This document shows, in pieces, positions 41,837 through 54,063 of a stretch of 64,000 nucleotides of DNA (positions are counted from its first letter, which is position 1; each line of letters opens with the position of its first letter). The DNA lies in NCBI GenBank assembly GCA_963745235.1, contig CAVUXE010000022.1, positions 67,039-131,038 on the forward strand, written 5' to 3'. The position numbers and the translations under genes were made by a program. The notes under the pieces were generated by a model, which worked only from the letters and a program-made list of their open reading frames with translations, searched no databases and was not told where the DNA came from. Origin of the DNA: an uncultured Spirochaetota bacterium. GTDB taxonomy: Bacteria > Spirochaetota > Spirochaetia > SZUA-6 > Fen-1364.

Positions 41837-43061
41837 TCAGCTCACCATTGCCAGCGCCATCACCAGCGAGTCCCCGAGCATGTTCTCCACCAGGCAGTGC
41901 TCGTTGGGCTGGTGGGCGGTCTCCTCGATCCGTGACCAGACAACCGTCGGAATGCCCGCGGCGCGCAGGTAAGCGCCCACTGTCCCGCCGCCGATCCCGA
42001 CGGTGGAAGCTTCCACCCCGTAAACGTGCCGGATGGCGTTGCGCAGGGTGGTGACGATGGGCGCATCCGGCGAGGTGGGCGGGGAGGAGGCCTTCTGGAC
42101 TTCCTCCACCTGCACCTGGACGCCGAAATCCCCCTCGATGGAGTCGCAGATCCTGCGGATTTCCCCCGTCACCTTGCCCAGGTCCTCACGGGGCAGCACC
42201 CGGCTCGTCCAGGTAGAAGACATCCTCACCGGGCAGGGTGTTGACATTGGGAACATTCGCCTCTTTGCGGGTGGGCACGAATGTCGATGTGGGAGGGCTG
42301 AACAGCTCGTCCGTCGCCTTGAAACGCTCCCGCAGCGCTCCCAGGCGCACCACGAGGTGGGAGCCCGCCTCGAAGGCGTTCACTCCTTTTTCCGGCGTGG
42401 AGGCGTGGCATTGCCTGCCAACGACGACGAACCTCAACCACAGGATGCTTTTCTCGGCGATCTCGATCTGGTCCCCTTCCGGTGAGCCGCTGTCAGGCAC
42501 CAGCGCCAGGTCCCGTGGGCTGAAGAGGCGCGTGGCCGAAAGCACGTGCTGGACCCCCTGTGCCGAGCCGGTTTCCTCGTCGGAGACGAACAGGAGGCGC
42601 ACCGTCCGCCGGGGACTCAGGCCGAGCTCCCTGATGCAGGCGCCCGCGAAAACCGAGGCTACCAGGCTCTGCTGGTTATCCTCCACCCCCCGCCCGATCA
42701 GTCGATCTCCCTTGATCACCATAGTGTAGGGGTCCGACTCCCATAACCTCGCTTCCCCCGGGGGAACGATGTCCATGTGCGTCATGACCCAGAATGTTCC
42801 CGCCTCGGCGCCGCCCGGGATCGTAACGACAATGTTCGGACGTTCTCCGCGCGGAACCCGGCTGTCGGGGGCCGAGACGATCTCCGAGGGGCCGAGGCCC
42901 AGCTTCTCCAGCCAGGAGATGAGCACCTGCGCCTTTTTCCATTCACCCTCTCCGCCATTCTGCGGACCAAGGGCCGGCACCGCGGTGAGCGCGCGCTGCA
43001 GCTCAATCATTTCATCCCGCTTGGAATAGATCTTCTTTCGCAACGCTTCGATGGGGTCCAT
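41837..43061 (-). CDS. M20 metallopeptidase (ArgE/DapE family); apparent indel near 42203
   Basis: THMDIVP, GRGVEDN, SDEETGS, EKS, HAS, GIGGGT and AHQPNE. Confidence 0.87.
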
Positions 43062-43089
43062 GTTCTTGTGTATACAGTATTGGGAGCCC

Positions 43090-43118
43090 TTGATCAAATT
43101 CCCCCGGCACCACAGAAT
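43090..43118 (+). promoter_or_regulatory. Putative sigma70 promoter, leaderless arrangement
   Basis: TTGATC-N17-CAGAAT-N6-ATG(43125). Confidence 0.5.
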
Positions 43119-43124
43119 GCGGCC

Positions 43125-44465
43125 ATGCTGCGTCGCATCTGCGCTGCCGTTGTTTCCGTGGCCCTCCCCGTGCTCGTCCTTTCCTCCTGCGGCGTGAGGG
43201 CTGCGGGATACGGGGTTGTGCTCTGGGGGGAGATGCAGAGCGCGCTGCAGACGGGCATCACGGTGCCCATCGTGCGGGAAGCGCCCATCAACTCCAACTA
43301 CCTGGTGCTCGTTCCCGGGGAGCCCCGGCCGCGCGAGTTTGCGATGGGCAGGATCAGGTTTTTCCGCGCAAAGGCGGATGCGACCCGGTTCTCGCAGTCT
43401 TTTGCGCCGTTCGTTCAGTCATGGGCCGTCTCCATGAAGCAGGACCCGCCGCCGCTGCCCATCCGTGACCAGGCCTCCCAGGACGGACGGGTGATCTACA
43501 AGCTGAAACCCGGCCAGCTGATGAAGGTGGTGGGAAGGAGCGCGGGGAAAGAGACGGTCCAGCAGTTCACCGACTACTGGTACGAGGTCGTCACGGAAGA
43601 TGGGTATTCCGGTTTCGTCTTCGGATACTATCTCAAGGTCTTCTCCACCGCCGGGGACCCGGTCCAGGAGGCGCAGCGCATCCTCAGCCAGGACGACGCG
43701 CTGGACAGGATCTTGAGCAACACGTGGCGCCCCGACTGGTTCCGTGAAATGATGGCCCGCGGCGCAATAGATCTTGCGATCTTCCGGGACGACATAGGCC
43801 TTTTCCCCGGCCCCTCTGACAAGGTCATGCGCCTGGTCCTGCCGCAGTACTCCCTGGAGTTCCACTACACAGACGTGCAGAAGCTCGGGGAAAGCACCTA
43901 CGTATTCACGGGGTCCGATCTGCGCATATCCGTCCTCGACGACCAGCGCATCAGCATCTACTACCATTACAAGGACCAGCGGGTAGCCGGCCTGTACACC
44001 CTCATCACGGGGGAAGTGACGGACCTGGTCACGGCGGAACAGAAGAGGCGACAGGCCATCTTTGACGGCATCACCGCCAAAGGGACATCCCTCAGCTCCA
44101 GCGCGTATGGCACCATCGCCCTGTCGGATGGCATGCGCTTCAGCTGGACGGGGTACCAGAAGCTCGTTCCGTCCCTCATCGCCTCCGACGTGAATGGAAA
44201 GGGGCGGGTGGATTTTCCGTTGCACGCCGCGAAGGACCTGGCGGGGACCTACGACGGGGTGATCACTTTTGTTTTCGACAAAGGCGGGGACTCCGGGGCA
44301 GCCGGCTCACCTGGCCCCGCGGGTTCCTCGGTGAGCTTCCTCTACAAGGCCGTCCCGGGAGGCCTCCGTTTCACGTCTCTGGACAGCGACAGCGTCAACA
44401 ACCTCGTGGTGACCCACCCGGGGATTTCGCCTGCCGTGATCTTCTTCACCCAGACCTCCCGCTAG
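43125..44465 (+). CDS. Lipoprotein with a bacterial SH3-like domain
   Basis: Lipobox VLSSC; LPIRD...VIYKLKPGQ...WYEVVTEDGYSGFVFGYYL. Confidence 0.72.
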   Translation: MLRRICAAVVSVALPVLVLSSCGVRAAGYGVVLWGEMQSALQTGITVPIVREAPINSNYLVLVPGEPRPREFAMGRIRFFRAKADATRFSQSFAPFVQSWAVSMKQDPPPLPIRDQASQDGRVIYKLKPGQLMKVVGRSAGKETVQQFTDYWYEVVTEDGYSGFVFGYYLKVFSTAGDPVQEAQRILSQDDALDRILSNTWRPDWFREMMARGAIDLAIFRDDIGLFPGPSDKVMRLVLPQYSLEFHYTDVQKLGESTYVFTGSDLRISVLDDQRISIYYHYKDQRVAGLYTLITGEVTDLVTAEQKRRQAIFDGITAKGTSLSSSAYGTIALSDGMRFSWTGYQKLVPSLIASDVNGKGRVDFPLHAAKDLAGTYDGVITFVFDKGGDSGAAGSPGPAGSSVSFLYKAVPGGLRFTSLDSDSVNNLVVTHPGISPAVIFFTQTSR

Positions 44466-44467
44466 CC

Positions 44468-46421
44468 ATGCCGCTCGTAAGCCTGTCAGGCGTCTCGGTC
44501 TCTTTCGGTGAGAGACGCCTTCTTGACGCGGTCAACCTTACCGTCTCCAAGGGCTCCCGAATGGCCCTCGTGGGGCCCAACGGAAGCGGCAAGACCACCC
44601 TCATGCGGATCCTGGCGGGGCTTGCCGCGCCGGATGCCGGCTCGGTGGTGCCGGAGAAGGACACGCGCGTCTCCTACGTTCCCCAGTCCGGGGTGGCCCT
44701 GGCTGGCAGCACCCTTCACCAGGAAGCCGAAAGGGCCTTCGATTGCGAGGGCCGGATCGTGGAGGAGATGCGCGCCCTGGAAGAGAGACTCGGCCTGCTC
44801 TCCCCGGATTCTCGTGAGGCCGAGGGGCTGGTGTGGAAGCACCACGCCCTCCAGGAGACTCTCGCTTCCAGCGGCTACTACGCCAGGGAAGAAGCCATGG
44901 ACCGGGTGCTGAGCGGCCTTGGCTTCATGTCGGAGGACCGCAAAAGGGAATGCTCCACTTTTTCGGCGGGTTGGCAGATGAGGATTGCTCTTGCCAAGGC
45001 CATCCTGGAACGTCCCGACATCCTGCTCCTGGACGAGCCGACGAACTACCTGGACATCGAGGCGCGGACCTGGCTTGCGGGCTTTCTCACCGACTTCCCC
45101 GGCGGGCTTCTCCTTGTGTCCCATGACCGATGGTTTCTGGATTCAGTTGTGACCGCCGTGGCTGAGATCTTCATGGCGCGCGTCTCGCTCTTCACCGGCA
45201 ATTACTCCCACTACGAGGAAGCGCGAAGCGGCGAGCTTGCGTCGCTGCAGGAGCGCTGGCGTCTCCAGCAGGAGGAGATCGCCCGCATCGAGGCGTTCAT
45301 CGCCAAGTTCCGCTACAACGCCTCCAAGGCGCGCCTGGTCCAGAGCAGGATCACGGCGCTGGAGAAGATGGAGCGGATCGAAGTCCCGCCCGTGGTCAAG
45401 ACCATCCACTTTTCTTTTCCCCCTCCTCCCCATGCCGGGCGGATCGTCCTGTCCGCATCAGGGCTCGCGAAGTCCTACGGCGCGCTTCGGGTCTTTCGCG
45501 GCGTGGACATCGAGGTCTCCCGAGGAGACAAGCTGGTGGTGGTCGGCGTCAACGGCGCCGGCAAATCCACTCTCCTGAGGCTGCTCTCCGGCCGTGAGCA
45601 GCCGGATGAAGGCGCGCTGCGCTGGGGAGCAGGAGTGGTTCCCGCCTTCTACTCCCAGGAAAACGCCGACTCGTGGACCACCACGCGGCAGGTCATCGAG
45701 GAGGTCGAGTCAGTTGCGCCGACCTCTTTGATCCCGGAGCTGCGCACTCTCCTGGGCGCGTTCCTTTTCCGGGGGGACGATGTTTTCAAGAGCGTGTCCG
45801 TCCTGAGCGGCGGTGAAAAGAGCCGCCTTTCCCTCCTCATGCTGCTCTTGAAGCCTGCCAACCTTCTCATCCTTGACGAGCCCACCAACCATCTGGACCT
45901 CGCATCAAAGGACGTGCTCCTGGAGGCCTTGAACGGGTTCCCCGGGACCGTGATCTTCGTCTCCCATGACCGGCACTTCATTTCCCACCTCGCAACGGGG
46001 GTCCTGGAGATGAAGGGCGGGGCCGCCCGGTACTTCCCCGGGGACTACGAGTACTACCTGCGAAAAACCGGCGGGGAGGCGGACCAGGGCGACGCGCGCC
46101 CGGCGCCGGCTCGAGGACAAGACCCCGTCAGCCACGCAGGTCCAGAGGCTCGAGGACAAGCGGATGAAAAGCACGCTGCGGGCGCTGGAGAAAGAGGAAG
46201 AGCAGATCCTGGCCAGGCTGGATTCCCTGGAGGCTGCCCGAAGGGAGACGGAAGACACAATGGCGCGTCCCGAGATCTACGCGGACGGCGCCAGGATGCG
46301 GGACCTGGCAAGAGAGCACGATGAGAACGCACGGATGCACCAGGAGGAAAACAGGCGCTGGGAGGAAGTCGCTTCCCGTATCTCGGAGCTGAAGGCACGG
46401 ATGGGGGAGGCTCGGCAGTAG
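44468..46421 (+). CDS. ABC-F family ribosome-associated ATPase (Uup/YheS-like); apparent indel near 46110
   Basis: Two nucleotide-binding domains (GPNGSGKT/LDEPTNYLD and GVNGAGKS/LSGGEK/LDEPTNHLD) with no TM segments; coiled-coil C-terminal domain in ORF 46164..46421. Confidence 0.88.
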
Positions 46422-46425
46422 CCCC

Positions 46426-48316
46426 CTAGGAGCGATACAGCCTCTCGATGACTCCCGCGTACATCTCCGCAATCACCTCCCGCCTTTTGCCCAGATTGCG
46501 CGTGAGCTCCCGCCCCACCTCGAAGCGGGTCGGCAGAAGGGCAATCCGTGCTGCCCTGCCGCCGGGGAAATGGATCCCGCCGTTGACCAGCCGGGCCTGG
46601 ACTTCTTCCTGGAAGAATCGGTACACGGACGGATTGGTGGTGAGGTCCTTTTCGTCGTTCCACGAGATCCTGCGGGAATCCGCGACGCGCCGCAGGGCGT
46701 CCATGTTCGGCACGATGAGCAGTCCCACGCTGTCGCGCCTGTCCCCCACCACGACCGCCTCCTGGATGTATGGCGACTCCTGGACCACCATCTCGATGGG
46801 CTCCGGCTCCACCCGCTCACCAGAGCCCAGCACGATGGTGTGCTTCGTGCGGCCCGTGATGACAAGGTTCCCGTCGTATGTGAGGATCCCGCTGTCCCCC
46901 GTGTCCAGCCATCCATCCGCTGACAGGATCTGTCGGGTGGAGACCGGGTCCTTGTAGTACCCCATCATGATCTGCGGTCCCTTGATCCGGACGCTTCCCT
47001 TGCGACCGGCGGCAGGACCTCCCCGTTCTCTCCCACGATCCGGACTTCAGTCTGCGGGAGGGGTCTCCCGACCGTTCCAAGCACCGGGTACTTGTCCACG
47101 CGGACAGCCACGATGGGTGATGCCTCGGTGAGCCCGTACCCTTCCAGAACGTCGACTCCAATGGCCGCGAAAAAGCGGTCCAGGTGAGCCGGCAACGGGC
47201 CTCCGCCGGTCACGATGGCCAGGAGGTTCCCCCCGAGGAGCGCCCACGCCTTCTTTCGAAGGATGAAATGGGAGGCCAGCTTCACAGGGGAAAGCAGGAC
47301 CAGCGGCAGCACGGCCGCGAAGATCTCCAGGAGGCGCTCTTCCCTTCGGAACCGGGGATAGCGGCCCATGACGAACCCCGAGAAGACCAGGTAGAACTTC
47401 TCGAAGCGGATGAATATCCCCTCCACCAGCCCGAGCCTCTTTTCGAGGCTCTTTGCAAGATTCTCGAGCAGCGGGGGAACGATGACCAGGTACTGAGGGC
47501 GAAGAGCGCGAAGGTCATCGAAAATCTTCCACTCGGAAGGCTGGGAATACGCGATGGTGCCTCCGAAGGAGAGGCTGCAGTACTCGACGGTGCGCTCGAA
47601 GGAGTGCCAGACGGGGAGGACGGAAAGCCAGGTCGCGCCGAGGGGTGGATTGATGCTCGCATGCACGCTCGTGACGTTGTGCATGATGTTGCCGTGGGAG
47701 AGCATCACGCCCTTGGGTTTGCCGGTGGTCCCGGAGGTGTACAGGAGCGTTGCCGTGTCCGTCGGAGCCACGCTGGCCGCGCGCAGATCGAACTGCCGCT
47801 CCCCCTTGGCGATCTTGCGGTTGCCCTTCTTCAGCACATCTTCCCAGGTGTAGATCAGCACTCTCTCTTCTCCCAGTGCCGGCCTGGGGCTTGGTGCCGC
47901 TGAACTCCATGACGACGATCTTTCGCAGCTTCGTGAGGCGCTTTCGCATGCCGAGGAGCCGGGAAAGGACGGCCGCGTTCTCCACGATGGCAATCTCGCA
48001 GTCCGAATGGGCGATGACGTGCTCAATCTCGCGGTCCCCGGATCGGGGGCTCAGGGGCACGTCGACGCCGCCGCAGCCGAGGATGGCAAGGTCCGTGATG
48101 AGCCAGTTCTGGTTGTTCTCTGCAAGGATGGCCACGTGAGCGCCCGGGAGGCAGCCCGATGCGAATGAGGCCCGTTCCCAGCTCCTTCACTGCAGTGTAC
48201 AGCTCCGCATAGGTGAGGGTCTGGAAGCTGTCGTCGGGCTTCCGGGTCTTCAAGGCAGCAAGGGAGGCATACTTGACGACAGACTCCTGCAGAAGTCCGA
48301 TGAGAGTTTGTCCCAT
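46426..48316 (-). CDS. Long-chain fatty acid-CoA ligase (AMP-binding); apparent indels near 48145, 47875 and 47000
   Basis: LYTSGTTGKPKG, EGYGLTE, GTVGRP and GWLDTGD...ITGRTK spread over four ORFs. Confidence 0.85.
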
Positions 48317-48389
48317 CTCTCCCTTCTTGCGGGGGCGGGAGCCCCGTTTTTGATACTGGATCGAGTGCAGACGAGCTCGGGCCGGCACA

Positions 48390-48440
48390 AAGGTACTCTC
48401 CGCCGGATTCAGTGTCAACCCCGGGGATGCCCCGGGGATG
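48390..48440 (-). promoter_or_regulatory. Sigma70 promoter of the acyl-CoA ligase gene with an adjacent tandem palindromic repeat
   Basis: TTGACA(48418-48413)-N17-TACCTT; CCCCGGGGATG x2 at 48419-48440. Confidence 0.55.
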
Positions 48441-48508
48441 CCTGGCGAGGCGTGGAGAGGACACCAGGAGCCCTTCCCACCGGTGCCCCGTTTTACTACC
48501 CTATTTGC

Positions 48509-49844
48509 ATGAGCGTATTCAAAACCTACGATATACGTGGAATTTGGGGCACCGAAGTGGATGACAGCCTGGCCTACCGGATTGGCCGCGGCCTGGCCCG
48601 GTACATGAAGGCCGGCTCCTTCCTCCTGGGCTACGACGCCCGGCTGCACTCCCCCGAGCTCTACCAGGCCCTGGCAAGCGGACTGGTCCAGGAAGGCGCG
48701 AAGGTCACCGGGACCGGGCTCGCAAGCACCCCTCAGCTCCATTACACCCAGATCGAAGGCGGGTTTCCCGCCGCCGTCATGGTGACCGCTTCTCACAATC
48801 CGCCCCTGTACCACGGGTTCAAGGTTTTCGATGCGCAGGGCGGCTCGCTGAGCTACGACAAGGGGCTCGGGAAAGTCGAAGCGCTGATCGCCGGCATCCC
48901 GGCGCCGTCCGCCATCGCACCGCAGACCATGGGCCAGGTCGAGGGCCTGGATCGTTACGTGGGGTTCGTCGCAAAAGCGTCCGCAGGGAAGAAGCTGGGG
49001 GCAAAGATCGTCATCGACGCCTCCAACGGGTCCTCCGGGCCGGTGTTCCGCAGGCTTGCGGAGACTCTCGGGGTCGACGCCGTGATCCTGAACGCCGAGC
49101 CTGACGGCAACTTTCCCAGCCACGATCCGAACCCGCTCAAGGCGGAATCCCGGGAGCAGGCTGCGAAGGCCGTCAAGGAGAACGGAGCGGCATTCGGAGT
49201 CGTCCTGGACGGTGACGGAGACCGCATCCTGTTCATTGACGAAAAGGGCCAGGGCATCGAGAACTACTTTCTTTCCTGCCTCGTGGCGGAGGAGCTCCTT
49301 GCGCGCACGCCGGGAGCCGCAATCGTGTACGATCTCATCTCTTCGCGGGTCCTTCCCGAGCGCATCCGGGAGCTCGGGCGGAGAGCCGGTGGTCTCTCGC
49401 GTCGGCTACACGTTCCTTTACGATCGCATGGTCGCGGCGCACGCGGCTTTCGGCGCGGAGACATCTGGGCACGTCTATTTCAAGGTAAGCGACACCTACT
49501 ACACGGAGTCTGCCGCGTACGCGCTGGTGGTGCTCATGGGGCTCCTGGCATCTCGCGGACGCCCGCTCTCGGAAATGGTTGCGCCCCTGCGCGCCCGCTA
49601 CGTCCAGTCCCCTGAGATCAACGTCGAGGTAAAGGACAAGCAGAAGGCCATGCGGGAGATCGAGAGACGCTACGCAAAGGGACGAATCGACAAGCTGGAC
49701 GGCGTGTCCGTGGAGTTCGAGGACTTCTGGTTCAACGTCCGGCCCAGCAACACGGAGCCCCTCCTGCGGCTGCGGCTGGAAGCGAGGCGGCCGGAGGTTG
49801 CGCAGGCGAAGACAGAGGAGATCAAGGGGATTCTCACCGCCTGA
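48509..49844 (+). CDS. Phosphomannomutase/phosphoglucomutase; apparent indel near 49378
   Basis: FKTYDIRG, VTASHNP, DGDGDR, AETSGH and NVRPSNTEP. Confidence 0.9.
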
Positions 49845-49901
49845 CCGCTGCACGGTTCTGCCGCACGGGAGACCAAGCACGTCCAGGTTCGCGCATCCGC
49901 G

Positions 49902-49930
49902 TTGAACCCGGGGGGTGTTTTTGCTACGCT
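49902..49930 (+). promoter_or_regulatory. Sigma70 promoter for prfA-prmC-rel
   Basis: TTGAAC-N17-TACGCT with an extended TG. Confidence 0.55.
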
Positions 49931-49948
49931 GGCAGAGCCAGGGGGTGA

Positions 49949-51026
49949 ATGGAATTGATCGACAAGCTCGAAAAAAGCATGAAGCGCTACGAGGAGCTGC
50001 AGGCCCTCATCTCGGACCCGGCCGTCATCCGCGACCAGAAGCGCTACCGGGAGCTGCGCCAGGAGCACGCCTCCCTGGTGGATCTCGTGGAAGAGTTCAC
50101 CAGGTACCGCGCCATCGAGGCGGAGATAGCCGCCAACGCCGCCCTGGTGGAGGGGTCGGAGGAGAAGGAGCTGAAGGAGCTGGCCCGGGAAGAGATCTCC
50201 GCCCTGGAGAAGCGCAGGGAAGGGTCCCTGGAGAAGCTGCGGGTGCTCCTGGTCCCCCGTGACCCGCTGGACGACAAGAACGTCATCATGGAGATCCGCG
50301 GAGGGACCGGCGGCGACGAGGCCGCCCTGTTCGCCGCGGACCTCTTCCGCATGTATTCCTACTACGCGGAGGCGCAGGAGTGGAAGATCGAGATGATGTC
50401 CTCAAGCCCCACGGGGATCGGGGGGTTCAAGGAGATCATCTGCTCGATTTCCGGGCAAGAGCGTCTACGCGCAGCTGCGCTACGAAAGCGGCGTCCACCG
50501 CGTGCAGCGCGTCCCCGTCACGGAGGCGGGCGGGCGGATCCACACCTCCACCGCCTCGGTGGCCGTGCTCCCCGAGGTGGAGGAGACGGAGATCGAGATC
50601 AACCCGAACGAGCTGCGCATCGACGTGATGCGCGCCGGCGGTCCCGGTGGGCAGAGCGTCAACACAACGGACTCCGCGGTGCGCATCACCCACCTGCCCA
50701 CCGGGATCGTCGTTCACTGCCAGGACGAAAAGAGCCAGCACAAGAACAAGGCCAAGGCGCTGCGCATCCTGCGCGCGCGCCTCTACGAGGCGGAGGAGGA
50801 GCGCAAGCACGCCGAGCGGGCGCAGGCACGCAAGAGCCAGATCGGCTCGGGGGACCGCGCGGAGAAGATCCGCACCTACAACTTCCCGCAGAACCGCGCG
50901 ACGGACCATCGCATCAACCTCACCCTGTACAAGCTGGACGCGGTGATGAAGGGGGAGATCGACGAGTTCGTGGAGGCCCTTCGCCTGAACGCGCAGGAAT
51001 CAGCGCTGACATCGGAGAGCACATGA
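49949..51026 (+). CDS. prfA: Peptide chain release factor 1; apparent extra G near 50454
   Basis: [29 protein letters not shown] (PxT motif of RF1), GGQ and IRTYNFPQ. Confidence 0.93.
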
Positions 51027-51889
51027 CCGTCCGCACCCTGCTGCGCAGGGGTATGACAAGCTGTTTCTCGCGGAGGTCGATACGCCGCTCCTGGACGCCC
51101 TGCTGCTGCTGGCCTTCGCCCTGGAGACGACGAAGGAGAGAGTCCTTGCGTCTCTGCCCGACGAGGTTGGCCCCGAGGTCGAAGGTCGCTTCATTTCCCT
51201 GGTGGATCGCCGCTCGGCAGGCACCCCGGTGTCCTACATCCGCAGGATCAAGGAGTTCTAGGGCCTGGAGTTCTACGTTGACGAGCGCGTGCTGGTCCCC
51301 CGGCCGGACACCGAGGTCCTCGTGGAAAAGGTGCTGGACGTGGTCCGCGCCGACCCGCGGCTTCTCCGGCTGCACGATGCCTGCGCGGGCTCGGGGTGCA
51401 TCGGCATTGCCCTCCAGCGGACTGTGCCGCGCCTGGAGGTGAGCGCCTCGGACCTCTCCGCGGAAGCGGGCGTTGTCCTCCGCCTGAATGCGGAGAAGCT
51501 GCTGGGTCGGCGGATGGACTTCTTCGTCTCCGACCTCCTGGAGGGCGTGCCGGGATCCTTCGACGTCATCGCCGCAAATCCCCCGTACCTCCGCGACGAC
51601 GAGGTGGCGGAGCATGCGCAAGATCGGCTGGCCGGAGCCCGAGATTGCGCTGCGCGGGGGGAGGGACGGGACGGCCCTTGCGGAGCGGCTGATCCGCGCC
51701 GCGCCGCAGAAGCTCGCGGCAAACGGCTGGCTCCTGCTGGAGGCCGCGCCCCAGCAGATCAACAAGCTCTATGCCCTGATGGACCAGGCGGGCTTTCACA
51801 GCATCGACGTGGTGAAGGACATGGCGGGCCGCAACAGGGTCATTGCCGGGAGGCTCGGCCCGGGCCTGCGGGGCGGGCTCGATGGGTGA
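51023..51889 (+). CDS. prmC: Release-factor glutamine methyltransferase HemK/PrmC; apparent indels near 51045 and 51610 and an in-frame TAG at 51259-51261
   Basis: [38 protein letters not shown] and KDMAGRNRV; ATGA overlap with prfA. Confidence 0.88.
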
Positions 51890-54054
51890 CGAGCACCTCG
51901 CCGTTCCCGGCGTCGCCGCAGGCACGGCCGGGGCCGCGAAGGACATTGCCGCGGAGGCCACCGCCATCAGCGGGAGCACGGCGAACGTTGCCGGGACCGC
52001 CGCGAGGGTCACGGGGAATACCGCGAATGCCGCGGGCAATACCGCGACAGAGGTCACCGAGCTCCTCACCTACTTCCGTCAGAAGCTCGTCTCCTACTCC
52101 CCTGAGGAGACGGAGAAGATCCTTTCCGCCGCGGAGTGGGCCCGACGACTGCACGGCGAGCAGAAGCGCGCCTCCGGGGACCCCTTCTTCATCCACCCGC
52201 TGAGCGTGGCCTCCATCCTCGTGGACATCCACATGGACGCCCAGGGCGTCATCGCGGCGCTTCTCCACGACGTGCTGGAGGACACGGAGACCAGCAAGGC
52301 GCAGCTGCGCAAGGAGTTCGGCCGGGAGGTGGAGTCCCTCGTCCAGGGAGTGACGAAGATCTCCGTCCTGCGCGGCAGGTCGCGCTCCTTCCAGCACGCG
52401 GAGACCATCCGCAAGATGCTCTTCGCCATGGTGAAGGACGTCCGCGTCATCCTCATCAAGCTGGCGGACAAGCTGCACAACATGCGCACCCTCGGCTACC
52501 TCCCGGAGGAGGACCGGAAGCGCATCGCCATGGAGACCCTCGACATCTACGCGCCGCTGGCGGGCAGGCTGGGAATCTCGCGCATCAAGGACGAGCTGGA
52601 GGACCTCAGCCTCAAGCACCTGCAGCCCCCGGTATACGAGCAGATCCGCAGGCACGTGGCGGAGACGCAAGAGCGAGCGCGCCAGCTACCTGGAGCGCGT
52701 GAAGGAGGCGATCTCTGGTGAGGCGGAGGCCGCGGGGATCTCCCTCGCGATCGAGACGCGGGCCAAGCACTTCTACTCCATCTACCAGAAGATGAGGCGC
52801 CGGCGCGAAGCCGCTGGAGGAGATCTACGACCTGCTCGGCCTCCGCATCCTCTGCGACACGACGAGCCAGTGCTACGAGCTGCTGGGGCTCGTGCACAAG
52901 CTCTGGATGCCCATCGAGGGGCGGTTCAAGGACTACATCGCCATGCCCAAGTCCAACCGCTACCAGAGCCTGCACACCACGGTCATGGGCTACGACGGAA
53001 AGATCATCGAGATCCAGATCCGCACGGAGGGAATGCACCAGACCGCGGAGAACGGGATTGCCGCGCACTGGCTGTACAAGAGCGGCGCCCTGAAGGAGGC
53101 GGAAAAGACCAAGGAGCTCTCCCTCATCAACAAGCTGAAGGAGCTGCAGGGGCGGGGGCCGGTGTCCTCGGACTTCCTGGACGAGATCAAGAAGGAGCTC
53201 CTGCGGGATTCGATCTATGTCTTCACGCCGAAGGGGGACGTGGTGGAGCTGCCCCACGGCTCCACCGCGATCGATTTCGCCTACAGCATCCACACCGACA
53301 TCGGGGACCACTGCACCACCGCGAAGGCGGACGGGGTGATCATTCCGCTGAAGGAGCCGCTGAAGAACACGCAGGTGGTGGAGGTCATGACCTCCAAGAC
53401 CGCGCATCCCCACCTGGACTGGCTGCGGTACGTGAAGACCTCCAAGGCGCGCAACAAGGTCAAGCACTGGCTTGCGCAGAACGAGCCGGGGCTGATCTTC
53501 GACCGGAACATCGTGGCGCGCAAGAAGGAGGAAGCTCCCGCGCCCGTCGTGCTCCAGAAGCCGAAGGAGGAGGGGGAGCCGGAGACGCAGATTCGCGACC
53601 CGTCCCGGGTGTCCATCAGGATCGGGCAGGAGCGGAACATCATGATCCGCCTTGCCCAGTGCTGCACGCCCTCCACGGGTGACGCGCATCGTGGGCTACA
53701 TCTCCCGCGGCCGCGGCATCACGGTGCACAGGATCGGCTGTCCCAGCATCGCCTCCATCAAGGATTTCGCGGAGCGCAGCATCGACGTGGAGTGGGAGAC
53801 GGTGTCGCCCAAGTCCACGCGGCGCTTCCAGGTGACGGCCCGGCTCACCTCCAATCTCTTCTCCGAGATCGAAGGCGCGCTCAAGAAGTTCGGCGGCCAC
53901 CTCATAGAGGGCAAGCTGGAGGAGAACGAGCAGGAGATGCTTCGGGGTTTCTTCACCGTGGAGCTGGACAATCGGGAGGACTTCGGCCGGGTGATCAAGA
54001 GCCTGCGGACCATCCCAGACGGTCGTTTCCATCCAGGCAAGCGGACCGACATAG
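51882..54054 (+). CDS. relA: Bifunctional (p)ppGpp synthetase/hydrolase Rel; apparent indels near 52670, 52805, 53685 and 54017
   Basis: HD domain ALLHDVLED, KLADKLHNMRT, RFKDYIA.PK.N.YQSLHT, EIQIRT, TGS domain VFTPKG...DFAY, CC motif and ACT domain. Confidence 0.9.
51969..52052 (+). repeat. Degenerate 21-bp tandem repeat (4 heptads) in the Rel N-terminal extension
   Basis: Encodes SGSTANV/AGTAARV/TGNTANA/AGNTATE. Confidence 0.6.
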
Positions 54055-54063
54055 GAGGCGTCT

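Noticed and set aside
46108-46161. Direct repeat GGCTCGAGGACAAG x2 as a target-site duplication
   Set aside because: It lies in the coding linker of the ABC-F gene with only about 25 nt between copies and no element features
50440-50470. Programmed frameshift in prfA analogous to prfB
   Set aside because: No CTT-TGA slippery stop or internal SD; removing one G from a G run restores the conserved frame, like many other indels in the window
49949-51889. Genome-wide UAG reassignment (broken RF1 plus an internal TAG)
   Set aside because: TAG ends many genes here at expected positions (14152, 30780, 44465, 46421, 57856, 61943), and RF1 keeps its PxT and GGQ motifs
46426-54054. Pseudogene island
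   Set aside because: Affected genes include essential prfA, all catalytic motifs are intact and there are no large deletions; locally poor consensus quality explains it better
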